Source of the DNA: Dehalococcoidia bacterium
GTDB taxonomy: Bacteria; Chloroflexota; Dehalococcoidia; Lucifugimonadales; GCA-2712585
Direction of reading: 5' to 3'
NCBI GenBank assembly: GCA_965207845.1
Contig: CBDBNU010000002.1
Span: forward strand, 720,323-784,322
DNA: 64,000 nt
Part shown: one piece after another, positions 18,025-25,696 of the stretch
Numbering within the stretch: position 1 is the first letter of the stretch
Layout: every line of letters begins with the position of its first letter
Program-made: the position numbers and the translations under genes
Notes under the pieces: model-generated
What the model was told of the DNA's origin: nothing
Database searches by the model: none
What the model saw: only the letters and a program-made list of their open reading frames with translations

Positions 18025-19386
18025 CTAGCTGTTGCCGTCCTGGTTGAACGGGGCCTTCACCACCACGGCCACGCCGCCGATGGTGCCGGTGACGGCGTTC
18101 CGCACCGTGCGGCCTGCGGAATCGCTGATGGCGGCGGCCGCCTCAACGGTTCCGGTGGCAGCCGCGGATGCCGCATCTTCGACCTTGACGCTGACGGACT
18201 TGGCGCTGTCGATAGCGCCTTCCACCGCGCCACGGGCCGCTGCGCCCAGGTCCCCGCCGATGTCGGAGGTTCCCTGGATGACGCCCCGCGCGCTGTTGGA
18301 AACGGCCGAAGTGACACTTGCGCCGATCTCCTGCGCTCCGTTGGCGCTGCCGACTACGACCGACTTGGCCGTTGCTATCACGTCCGCGCCCACGTCGTGG
18401 GTTGCCTGGATGGCGCCACGGGCCACGCTGGACGCCGCGTCTTCCAGGCTTACGACCACCGACTTGGTGGCGCTGATTGCGCCCTCGGCGGCGCTGCGGG
18501 CCACGCCCGCCACGTCTCCGCCCACGTCGGACGCGCCCTTGATCAGTCCCTGGGCGCTATTACTGATGGCCGAAGTTGCGCTGCCGCCGATCTCCTCGGC
18601 GCCGCTAACGCTGCCGACCACCACGGACTTGGCCGTGCTGCCCAGGTCGCTTCCCACCTCGTGGGTGGCCCTGATGGCCCCGCTGGCGACCTCCTGGGCT
18701 GCGTCTTCCAGGCTTACGGTAAGCGTCTTGGTGGTGGTGATGGCGCCCTCGGCGGCGCTGCGGGCCACTATGGCCACGTCGCCGCCAACTTCCGACGTTC
18801 CCTTGATGAGGCCGCGGGCGCTGTTGGAAATGGCGGAAACGGCGCTGCCGCCAATCTCCTCGGCGCCGTTTACGCTGCCGACGACAACGGACTTGGCCGT
18901 GGTTGTCAGCTCGCTGCCAACCTCGTGGGCGCCGCGAATGGCCCCGCGAGAGACTTCCGTCGCCGCGTCCTCGAGGCTGACGGACAAGGTCTTGGTTGTG
19001 GTGATTGCGCCTTCCGCTGCTCCGCGTCCTGCTTCGGCCACGTCGCCGCCGACTTCGCGCGTGCCCTTGATGGCGGCCCTCACGGTGTCGCTCAGCGTCC
19101 CGGCGGTAACCGTGGTCACTTCGCCGACGCCCTGAATGGTGCCGATGACCGCGCCCTTAGCTGCGCCGCCAACGTCGCCGCCAACTTCTGCGACGCCCTG
19201 CACGACTCCGCCGATAACGTCGGTGATCGCGCCGGTTGCCTCGCCGCTGATGTCGCGGACGCCCTGCAGGGCCTTGACGGTGCTATCTCGCGTGGAATCG
19301 ATGGTTGCGCCAACTATGTCGCCGACGCCCCTGATTGTCCCTACAATACTATTCCTGATGCTGTTTCCAAGATTGCCTAGCGGCAT
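18025..19386 (-). CDS. Repeat protein of unknown function (nested 22-aa / 88-aa repeats, Gly/Ala/Val/Ser/Thr-rich, acidic)
   Basis: ATG at 19386 with GGAGGG 5 nt upstream. Three full 88-aa units and one partial unit (AEGAITTTKTL(S/T)VSLEDAA...), each built from four 22-aa subrepeats. The two long plus-strand ORFs here are composition shadows. Confidence 0.7.
   Translation of the reverse strand: MPLGNLGNSIRNSIVGTIRGVGDIVGATIDSTRDSTVKALQGVRDISGEATGAITDVIGGVVQGVAEVGGDVGGAAKGAVIGTIQGVGEVTTVTAGTLSDTVRAAIKGTREVGGDVAEAGRGAAEGAITTTKTLSVSLEDAATEVSRGAIRGAHEVGSELTTTAKSVVVGSVNGAEEIGGSAVSAISNSARGLIKGTSEVGGDVAIVARSAAEGAITTTKTLTVSLEDAAQEVASGAIRATHEVGSDLGSTAKSVVVGSVSGAEEIGGSATSAISNSAQGLIKGASDVGGDVAGVARSAAEGAISATKSVVVSLEDAASSVARGAIQATHDVGADVIATAKSVVVGSANGAQEIGASVTSAVSNSARGVIQGTSDIGGDLGAAARGAVEGAIDSAKSVSVKVEDAASAAATGTVEAAAAISDSAGRTVRNAVTGTIGGVAVVVKAPFNQDGNS
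18028..19017 (-). repeat. Tandem 264-nt coding repeat, about 3.7 units
   Basis: Units at 19017-18754, 18753-18490 and 18489-18226, with a partial unit at 18225-18028. Derived from protein residues 124-453. Confidence 0.75.
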
Positions 19387-19422
19387 TCTTCCCTCCTGTT
19401 TCGATGTGAGTCTGATATTACA

Positions 19423-19450
19423 ATCTTACCATAGGAAGTCCCATTATCAA
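19423..19450 (-). promoter_or_regulatory. Candidate promoter of the repeat-protein gene
   Basis: Minus strand: TTGATA (19450-19445), 16-nt spacer, TAAGAT (19428-19423). An alternative TAATAT lies at 19420-19415. Confidence 0.35.
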
Positions 19451-19470
19451 TTCTCGCGAAACTTCCTTTA

Positions 19471-20025
19471 CTACTGACCCGTCTTTCCTCCATGCTGCTT
19501 CAGCAGATCCCGGACCTTCGCCCGATTCTTGATGAACTCATCCGCATCCTCCCTGCCGATGAAGGGATTCTCCACGCTGGCCCCGACCAGCGGCGTGTTC
19601 CCCGTGGCGTCGGGGGCGTTTACGTCCGCGCCCTCCTCCAGGAGCAACTCCGCCATGTCGAACAGACCCCAATAGGCGGCCCACATGAGCGGCGTGCTCT
19701 CAAACTCGTCCTTCGCCTCAATCTCGATGTCCGCGCCGTTTTCCAACAGCAGCCGGACGATCTTCCCGTTCCTCTTCAACACCGCGTGGTGCAACGCCGA
19801 CGCTCCGGCGAAAGGGAAACCCTCCGGGATGTACACTTTGTTGGGGTCCGTCCCGTATTCCATGTGACGCCGCACCATTCCCACGTTCTCGAACTCAATT
19901 GATTGCAGCAGCGTGATGTCCGGCGGCGCCTTCTCATCAACGGGCGTAGGGGAGTCCGACCCGCCGCACGTCGCAACGCTCAACGCCGCAAACATCACAC
20001 ATGCCAGCAATGAAAATAGCTTCAA
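19471..20025 (-). CDS. Ankyrin-repeat lipoprotein
   Basis: Signal peptide with lipobox (SVATC). Ankyrin units SALHHAVLKRNGKIVRLLLENGADIE and TPLMWAAYWGLFDMAELLLEEGADVN. Confidence 0.8.
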   Translation of the reverse strand: MKLFSLLACVMFAALSVATCGGSDSPTPVDEKAPPDITLLQSIEFENVGMVRRHMEYGTDPNKVYIPEGFPFAGASALHHAVLKRNGKIVRLLLENGADIEIEAKDEFESTPLMWAAYWGLFDMAELLLEEGADVNAPDATGNTPLVGASVENPFIGREDADEFIKNRAKVRDLLKQHGGKTGQ

Positions 20026-20147
20026 ACTCTGCCCCTCTCCCGCTTAGTTTTCACGCTTCAGAGTATATCACCGCGCCCTCGCCAACCATTGAAAGACCAA
20101 CGGCCTCTCCCCTATCATCATCCCAAATCCTCTCACTGGTGAAGGCA

Positions 20148-21380
20148 ATGCCCCCAACTCTGACCAGAATTCTGCTTCTGACCTTAGCCGTCGGCATCGT
20201 CGTAGCTTGCGGCGGAGACTCCGAACCGGGCCAGGCCGATGACCACCTGAAAATCGGCCTTGTCCTGAACTTCACCGACTCTCCCGAGGCCTCCCAGGCC
20301 CGCCGGATGGCTTTCGACCTGGCCGTCAAACACCTGAACGAGGCCGGCGGCGTCCTCGACAGGGACGTTGAAGGCTTCACCGTGGACGCCACCAGCGATC
20401 CCGTCGTGGCCCTGGAACGCGTCCTCCTGCTCGTCGATGCTGCCCGCGTTCACGCCATCGTCGGCCCCAACGCCAGCTCCGCATCCCTCCCCGTTGCGAG
20501 ACAGGTCTCCGGCCCTCGGCAGGTGCCGACAATCAGCCCCTCCGCCACTTCGCCCCTCCTCTCCGCCGTGGAGGACGACGACTTCTTCTTCCGCACCGCC
20601 CTCTCCGACAGCGCCCAGGGGCCCGTGCTGGCCCAGGTCAACCGCGACCTGGGCTTCGACAACGTGGGCCTCATCTACCAGAACGACGCCTGGGGTCAGG
20701 GTCTCGCCGAGACATTCCAGGAATCCTGGACGGGCCGGGTGGCCGCCGTTTCCGTAGAGCTTGAGCAGGAATCCTTCCTGCCACAGCTGCGGGAAAGCGC
20801 CGCCAACAACCCCCAGTCCCTCGTAGTCATCGCCTCCGAGTCCGTCGCCCTGCCCCTCGTCAAGGAAGCCGTGGACAGCGGCCTCTACGATAACTTCACC
20901 TTTGGCGACGCCGCCAAGCGGTTCAGCCTGCTGGAGACCGTCGGCGCGGATAATCTCGCGGGCATGCTTGGCACCGCCGGGGAGCCTGCGCCCGAAAGCG
21001 AGGCCACTCGCGCCTGGGAGAGGACTTTCATCGACGAGTACGGAAACCTTCCCCACGTGCCCTACACCAAGGAGACCTACGACGCCGTAATCGCCATCGC
21101 CCTCGCTGCCCAGGCAGCCGGCGCCTTGGACGGAGCCGCCATTCGCGACCAACTTCGCGAAATCGGATCGCCGCCGGGCCAGATCGTGTCCGCCACGCCG
21201 GAGGGAATCAAGGAGGCCCTCGACCTTCTAAGAGACGGGGTAGAAATAGATTACGAAGGGGTCGCCGTATCCGCCGACTGGGACGCCAACGGGGACCTGA
21301 GTCGCGGCTACATCGGCGTCTGGCGCTTCACCGCCGACGGCGACATCGAAGACGTCAAGTCCGTCCTCTTCGAATACTAG
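20148..21380 (+). CDS. ABC transporter substrate-binding lipoprotein (Leu/Ile/Val-binding-protein-like fold)
   Basis: Start at the ATG at 20148 (MPPTLTRILLLTLAVGIVVACGG gives a lipobox). Periplasmic-binding-protein type I-like sequence. No permease or ATPase gene is adjacent. Confidence 0.75.
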   Translation: MPPTLTRILLLTLAVGIVVACGGDSEPGQADDHLKIGLVLNFTDSPEASQARRMAFDLAVKHLNEAGGVLDRDVEGFTVDATSDPVVALERVLLLVDAARVHAIVGPNASSASLPVARQVSGPRQVPTISPSATSPLLSAVEDDDFFFRTALSDSAQGPVLAQVNRDLGFDNVGLIYQNDAWGQGLAETFQESWTGRVAAVSVELEQESFLPQLRESAANNPQSLVVIASESVALPLVKEAVDSGLYDNFTFGDAAKRFSLLETVGADNLAGMLGTAGEPAPESEATRAWERTFIDEYGNLPHVPYTKETYDAVIAIALAAQAAGALDGAAIRDQLREIGSPPGQIVSATPEGIKEALDLLRDGVEIDYEGVAVSADWDANGDLSRGYIGVWRFTADGDIEDVKSVLFEY

Positions 21381-21865
21381 CCGCCGGACTTCTTCCTGCG
21401 CTTGGCCGCGGGCCGCCTCTTCCGTGGGCGGCGCGACGCTTCATATACGGCGATCCAGTCCTCCATCGGCATCTTCCCCACCGCTTCGCCGATGAGCTCC
21501 AGCGGCAGGTCGTCGAGCGTTTTGAAGCGTACGCAGGACTTCCCCATGTTCATCCGCTTCCCCGTCGCCTTGTAGCTGTCCACAAACCACTTCTGGGTCT
21601 CCTGGCTGGCGTAGATGTTCATCAGATGCACCGACACGTAGTTCTTCTCTGACGCTATCGCCGCGTACATCAGCGGGTGCCCGTTGTACGTCTTGGGAAC
21701 GACGGATAGAGGCACGACGTAGGCAATCATCCCGAAGTCCATCACCTCCTCGTACCCCTTGGGCAGGTTCGAAAGCACCACCTCCCGCACCGTCGTGACC
21801 GCCTCCCGACGGTCCTCGCTCAGTTCCTCCAGATACTCTTCAACAGTTGAAGCATTGCTCTTCAT
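21377..21865 (-). CDS. DUF1801 domain-containing protein
   Basis: Start at the ATG at 21865 (GGAGG upstream). ...STVEEYLEELSEDRREAVTTVREVV...NYVSVHLM... is typical of YdhG/DUF1801. Basic C-terminal tail. Confidence 0.7.
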   Translation of the reverse strand: MKSNASTVEEYLEELSEDRREAVTTVREVVLSNLPKGYEEVMDFGMIAYVVPLSVVPKTYNGHPLMYAAIASEKNYVSVHLMNIYASQETQKWFVDSYKATGKRMNMGKSCVRFKTLDDLPLELIGEAVGKMPMEDWIAVYEASRRPRKRRPAAKRRKKSGG

Positions 21866-21914
21866 AGCCAGACCTCCAGGAAATTTCAATCATCTATGTG
21901 TTGATGCCCCGCAA

Positions 21915-22316
21915 TCAGGAACGGGGCGGAACCACCATGCTGCAAGCCGGGCCGTAGGCGCGACTGAGCTTCCGGTCCAACGTCGCCAACGGGCAGTCCA
22001 ACGCCTCCGCCAGCGCGACGTACCATGCGTCGTAGCTGGTCAGGTTGGGCCGCAACTCCCACACACGCTCGGCGAAAGGCGCGAAAGGGAACAGTTCGAC
22101 GTCCAGCCGAAGTAAGCCAGCGTGGGCGAGGGTCGCCTCGATGCGAGAAATTTTCTGCTTATTCTCCAACTGCCGTAAGACATTGGTCGCCTCAACCAAT
22201 GCCAACTCAGGCGCGGCCAGACTGTCCTTGGCAATCATCGATTGCGCCCACAGACCATCGCTCTTGTGCTCCACCAGCGCCGCCACGAGTACGGACGCGT
22301 CGACAACAGTCGTCAC
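21915..22316 (-). CDS. vapC: Type II toxin, PIN-domain VapC family
   Basis: MTTVVDASVLVAAL... (N-terminal acidic D), ...SYDAWYVALAEAL..., ...LATLDRKL. The ATGA start overlaps the upstream antitoxin stop. Confidence 0.85.
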   Translation of the reverse strand: MTTVVDASVLVAALVEHKSDGLWAQSMIAKDSLAAPELALVEATNVLRQLENKQKISRIEATLAHAGLLRLDVELFPFAPFAERVWELRPNLTSYDAWYVALAEALDCPLATLDRKLSRAYGPACSMVVPPRS

Positions 22317-22549
22317 CTACGGCCTTCGTCGCGTGCCCGCAGTATATCCTCCGTCGTCACTTGTGAATTGAATAAGGCCTTACGCTCACGTACCTCTTTC
22401 AGCCACGCGTCTATGGAGGGTTTTGAAGCGATGCGCTCCAATTCCCCACGCAGGAACTCCTGCATGGACTGGCGCTGCCGCGCCGCAAGAGCGGCAAGCT
22501 CGTCCCGAACTCCCTCTGGAACGTTTCTTATGGTTATCTGCACAGCCAT
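22313..22549 (-). CDS. vapB: Type II antitoxin (ribbon-helix-helix, FitA/VapB-like)
   Basis: 78 aa. MAVQITIRNVPEGVRDELAALAARQRQSMQEFLR is an RHH-type N-terminus. 4-nt overlap with vapC. Confidence 0.75.
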   Translation of the reverse strand: MAVQITIRNVPEGVRDELAALAARQRQSMQEFLRGELERIASKPSIDAWLKEVRERKALFNSQVTTEDILRARDEGRR

Positions 22550-22592
22550 GACTGCATTATGCCAGCACAGCAGGCAATGTGCAATCCCACCA

Positions 22593-23063
22593 TCAGAACC
22601 CGTCCCAGCCGGGGATTGCCGCCGCCTGGCGCACCCAATCTTCCATCTGGGCTTCGTCGAGCTCTCCCTCGTAGATGTCCACCCAGCGGGCGTCCGGGTC
22701 CTTCCCGGAACCCGGCGGCTCCGGACTCAGCGACGCGCCTTTCAGGAACGTCACCTTCACGTATCGGGCGAACACGTGGTAGCTGACGAACCACCCCATC
22801 CCTTCCACACCGTACCAGGGGGAGTTCCACCTGACAGCCTTCCTGACGTTCGGCGCCGTCCGCGCAATCAAGTCGTCCAGGCGCTGTCCCAACTCCCGCT
22901 TCCACCCCAGCATCAGGCCGATGTAGGCCTGCACGAAAGCGTCACCGTCGCCCTTGGGAATCTGCGGGTTGCCCCCCGAAAGCAGTTTTGGGTTCTTTAC
23001 CGCCTGCTCCAGCAGTTCCTCCGGCGAGGTCTTGGTGGACCTCCTTGTCCTCCTGCGGGCCAT
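22593..23063 (-). CDS. DUF1801 domain-containing protein (second copy)
   Basis: Start at the ATG at 23063. ...RKAVRWNSPWYGVEGMGWFVSYHVFARYVKVTFLKGASL... follows the DUF1801 core pattern. Confidence 0.65.
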   Translation of the reverse strand: MARRRTRRSTKTSPEELLEQAVKNPKLLSGGNPQIPKGDGDAFVQAYIGLMLGWKRELGQRLDDLIARTAPNVRKAVRWNSPWYGVEGMGWFVSYHVFARYVKVTFLKGASLSPEPPGSGKDPDARWVDIYEGELDEAQMEDWVRQAAAIPGWDGF

Positions 23064-23605
23064 GACTCTCACCCCCACCTGACCTGCGCCTTTCAACTCA
23101 TGCAGGCGCAGTCGAAAACTTGGGTAAAGGATATCCGGCAAACGGGGCGAATGCCAGCCAACGACCGCCGGGTCGCTCGGCCCAGATCGACTCGCTGAGC
23201 CTTAACGCTAGTGCTCGTGGGGTGGTTGACTCCCGCCGGGAGCCTCAGCGTCTTCCACTCAACACCCCGGCTCCCCGATGTTCCCGCAGCACTGGCTCCT
23301 GCACCGAATCTTGATGGCCACGTTCCGGACCATCATCCCCAACCGAACGTGCAACGGCCCTGGATGCGTCCGCAGCATCTTCAGGGACCGAAACAGGCCC
23401 TTGATCATGTCAAGAAGCGTATAGAAGATCATGCCGAGAAGAGGATACACAAACGCAGACCGGCTTGTCTTGGGTGGGGTTGGGGGATCTTGGGGGCCGG
23501 GCGGTAGCAGGACACAGAGCTGATGGCTGATAGTGCCATTCCGGTTAAACCAACTTAGGTACAGTTGGTAGTATAATATGGTCAAAACAACTGGTTGGAG
23601 TTGTC

Positions 23606-23857
23606 ATGCGCGAAGTTCAAGCGACCGAAGCCAAGACGCGCTTGGCCGAACTGCTGAGAGCGGTCGAGAGCGGAGAGACTGTTGCCATCACTCGGCACGG
23701 AAGACCCGTTGCTCACCTGGTTCCCGCCCCGGCCCAAAGACGCGCTAACAGCGCTAAAGCGGTGGAGCGGTTCCGCCGACGCCGCGCCGGGTGGAAGCGC
23801 GTGACGTTCTCCACGGAGGAGATACTCGCTGCGCGGCATCAGGGTCATCGCTTATGA
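23606..23857 (+). CDS. Type II antitoxin, Phd/YefM family
   Basis: MREVQATEAKTRLAELLRAVESGETVAITRHGRPVAHLVP is a canonical Phd/YefM N-terminus. TATAAT and short inverted repeats (CCAACT/AGTTGG) lie just upstream. Confidence 0.8.
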   Translation: MREVQATEAKTRLAELLRAVESGETVAITRHGRPVAHLVPAPAQRRANSAKAVERFRRRRAGWKRVTFSTEEILAARHQGHRL

Positions 23858-24261
23858 GCGGGCTGGTTGTGGATGCGTCAGTAGTCATGGCGTGGCTCTT
23901 CGACGATGAGGAGGAGCCGCGGGCGGATAGGGTTCTAGAACTACTAGTAGAGGATGGGGCGATAGTGCCGCACCTGTGGCATCTTGAGACACGCAACACC
24001 CTCCTGGTCGCTGAGCGGAGCGGGCGTCTTTCCGCCGAAGGGGTACAGGAAAGGCTAGATGCTTTGATGGGTTTGCCCATCCAAACGGATCAGGTACCCA
24101 ATTTTCAGTCCGCCTTTGAACTAGCCAGGGTTCACAATCTGTCCTTCTACGACGCCCTATATCTGGAACTTGCCAAGCGGGAAAGTGCAGAACTAGCAAC
24201 GTTGGATCGAGCACTGAGCCGGGCAGCCGTTGCTGAAAGGGTGGGAGTGTCGATAGCGTAG
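23854..24261 (+). CDS. vapC: Type II toxin, PIN-domain VapC family
   Basis: Start at the ATG at 23854 (ATGA overlap with the antitoxin stop). MSGLVVDASVVMAWL..., ...SFYDALYLELA..., ...LATLDRAL. Confidence 0.85.
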   Translation: MSGLVVDASVVMAWLFDDEEEPRADRVLELLVEDGAIVPHLWHLETRNTLLVAERSGRLSAEGVQERLDALMGLPIQTDQVPNFQSAFELARVHNLSFYDALYLELAKRESAELATLDRALSRAAVAERVGVSIA

Positions 24262-24364
24262 CTTTCGGGTATATGACAGCGGGATTCTAAATAGCTGTTG
24301 TTGTCGGCCAGCAATACAGAGTTGGAGAGTCATCAATCCATCACCCCACATGGGCTCGCCTTCA

Positions 24365-24844
24365 CTACGGTAACCGCGTCCCTAAGATTGTCTTAGAGAT
24401 GCCATGAATCACATTGTTCGTAACTGTCTTTGACGAATCTGCCAATGCATCAAAACCGACAATCCTAATGTTGGGTCTGCTCTGATTCTCTCTTCGTAGC
24501 ACGTCCTTTTGCTTGGCGTTCAGTGAGGATTCTCTTCCAACTACCACCAATCCAGTTGATGTCTTAAATTGAGGGAAAGAACCTGATGCTTCCGCCAAGT
24601 GGGAGCTCAAATAATCTTGATATTCAAGAACTTGATCAATTGCATGTGTGGCATCAGCACTCAAATTGCCACGTCTGGTGACTAGCTTTTTGTCAGGAGT
24701 CTCAATTTCGGCTATCACATAATTGTCATCGTAGGTGCGGATGACGAAATCAGGCTCTAATTTGCCATGTAGGTCTGGCCTTCCCCAGACTTGGAATGCT
24801 CTTGAGTCAAGCAATAGTGGATGCTTCTCAAGAAATTTCTGCAA
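24365..24844 (-). CDS. Shedu SduA-like DUF4263 PD-(D/E)xK nuclease domain (C-terminal fragment; frame is open upstream to 25012 without a start codon)
   Basis: LQKFLEKHPLLLD...LEPDFVIRTYDDNYVIAEIETPDKKL...AIDQVLEYQDY...LVVVGRESSLNAKQKDVLRRENQSRPNIRIVGFDAL. The first usable start is the TTG at 24844. A+T-richer than its surroundings. Confidence 0.55.
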   Translation of the reverse strand: MQKFLEKHPLLLDSRAFQVWGRPDLHGKLEPDFVIRTYDDNYVIAEIETPDKKLVTRRGNLSADATHAIDQVLEYQDYLSSHLAEASGSFPQFKTSTGLVVVGRESSLNAKQKDVLRRENQSRPNIRIVGFDALADSSKTVTNNVIHGISKTILGTRLP

Positions 24845-24912
24845 GGCTGACTCCTTGTTTTCTGCTCCGGCTAGCAGTTCGTCGTATTGTGCTAGGACTT
24901 TGGGGCCAACGG

Positions 24913-25458
24913 CTATTGTTCTTTGAGCGAAGGCGTGGCTGAGATTCCCAATAGCACCGGGATCTTGGAGAGAGAGAGAATCATTAGTGATGTTGACACA
25001 TAGATGCCCGCCTCATTGTCGTCGTCAATACTTAGAATCAACTCATGCAGATGGCTACGAGCTGCTAATGATAGATCGCTCCAATTCCCAACGGCCTTCG
25101 ATACAGCTTGCCTCAATTCGGAATCTTTTACCGTTGATTCAATTGACTTGGGCCCATGTCCTGCAGATGTGCTAGAAAGCAATTGCATCGCCAATGAGAA
25201 GTTCGTAGAGGTTGGTTCATTGAAAGCGTTTTCGACTACTGCCTTGAGGCCATCCTGTCTCCATGCTAATAGGCAATAAAGGGCTGGTGCTTTCAAGAAC
25301 AAGCCGAATGCATTCCCACCATAGTCATTGCGAGCTAATAGTTGAACAGCCAACTTGCCTTCTAGGGTTCCAGATGCAACGCAATCAACTAAGAGAGTCG
25401 TAAGTTCTCTTGGATTGCCTCTTTCGACAAACTCGCGTGCTCGGTCAATCAAAGTCAT
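24913..25458 (-). CDS. Hypothetical helical protein; probable N-terminal module of the split Shedu-like gene
   Basis: 181-aa ORF immediately upstream, overlapping the open frame of the nuclease fragment by about 100 nt. No family recognised. Confidence 0.5.
   Translation of the reverse strand: MTLIDRAREFVERGNPRELTTLLVDCVASGTLEGKLAVQLLARNDYGGNAFGLFLKAPALYCLLAWRQDGLKAVVENAFNEPTSTNFSLAMQLLSSTSAGHGPKSIESTVKDSELRQAVSKAVGNWSDLSLAARSHLHELILSIDDDNEAGIYVSTSLMILSLSKIPVLLGISATPSLKEQ
24968..24979 (-). repeat. (TC)6 dinucleotide tract inside the overlap of the two Shedu-like ORFs
   Basis: Plus strand reads gagagagagaga. Removing one unit fuses the frame of 24913..25458 to the frame of 24365..25012. Confidence 0.9.
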
Positions 25459-25590
25459 CGAGTTATCCTGGCTAAGTTTGGGAGTGAACTACCTAATACT
25501 AGGAGTGGCTTCAAATGACTCCTAGCACCGCCGCGGAAACAGTTAGAATTCGCTACTGGGTCAATCTGGCACGTAAATTAACCAAAAACA

Positions 25591-25617
25591 GGCCCGGCAG
25601 GGTCCGAACCCACGACT
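25591..25617 (-). repeat. 27-nt copy of the 3' end of the tRNA-Met gene (att-like direct repeat)
   Basis: ggcccggcagggtCcgaaccCacgac here versus ggcccggcagggtTcgaaccTacgac at 27115-27141. Same orientation, 2 mismatches. The flanking sequence is not tRNA-like. Confidence 0.7.
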
Positions 25618-25696
25618 GATAACGCTGGTCCACCCGAACTGCGGAATGCGTTGCTTCCTCCTTGGAATCGCGGCCTACACCCGCGACCCCATCAAG

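Noticed and set aside
18010-19380. Plus-strand 456-aa and 367-aa ORFs across the repeat-protein locus
   Set aside because: They arise from the repetitive GC-rich composition. Only the minus-strand frame has an ATG with a consensus GGAGGG RBS, a promoter candidate and a clean repeat register.
21377-21380. Convergent genes sharing overlapping stop codons in a palindromic CTAG (also at 38307-38310)
   Set aside because: This is real in the sequence but is a trivial consequence of TAG stops on both strands in a compact genome. There is no evidence of functional significance.
23142-23605. ORFs 23211..23507+ and 23259..23585- in the 460-bp gap between the DUF1801 gene and the Phd antitoxin
   Set aside because: No RBS, no recognisable motifs, and the two overlap each other. 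The gap more likely holds the TA promoter/operator (TATAAT and CCAACT/AGTTGG inverted repeats near 23550-23600) and possibly a gene remnant.
24916-25012. Programmed -1 ribosomal frameshifting as the way the split Shedu-like gene is expressed
   Set aside because: I found no canonical X-XXY-YYZ slippery heptamer and no obvious downstream pseudoknot or hairpin in the overlap. DNA-level slippage at (TC)6 or a simple indel is the more economical explanation.
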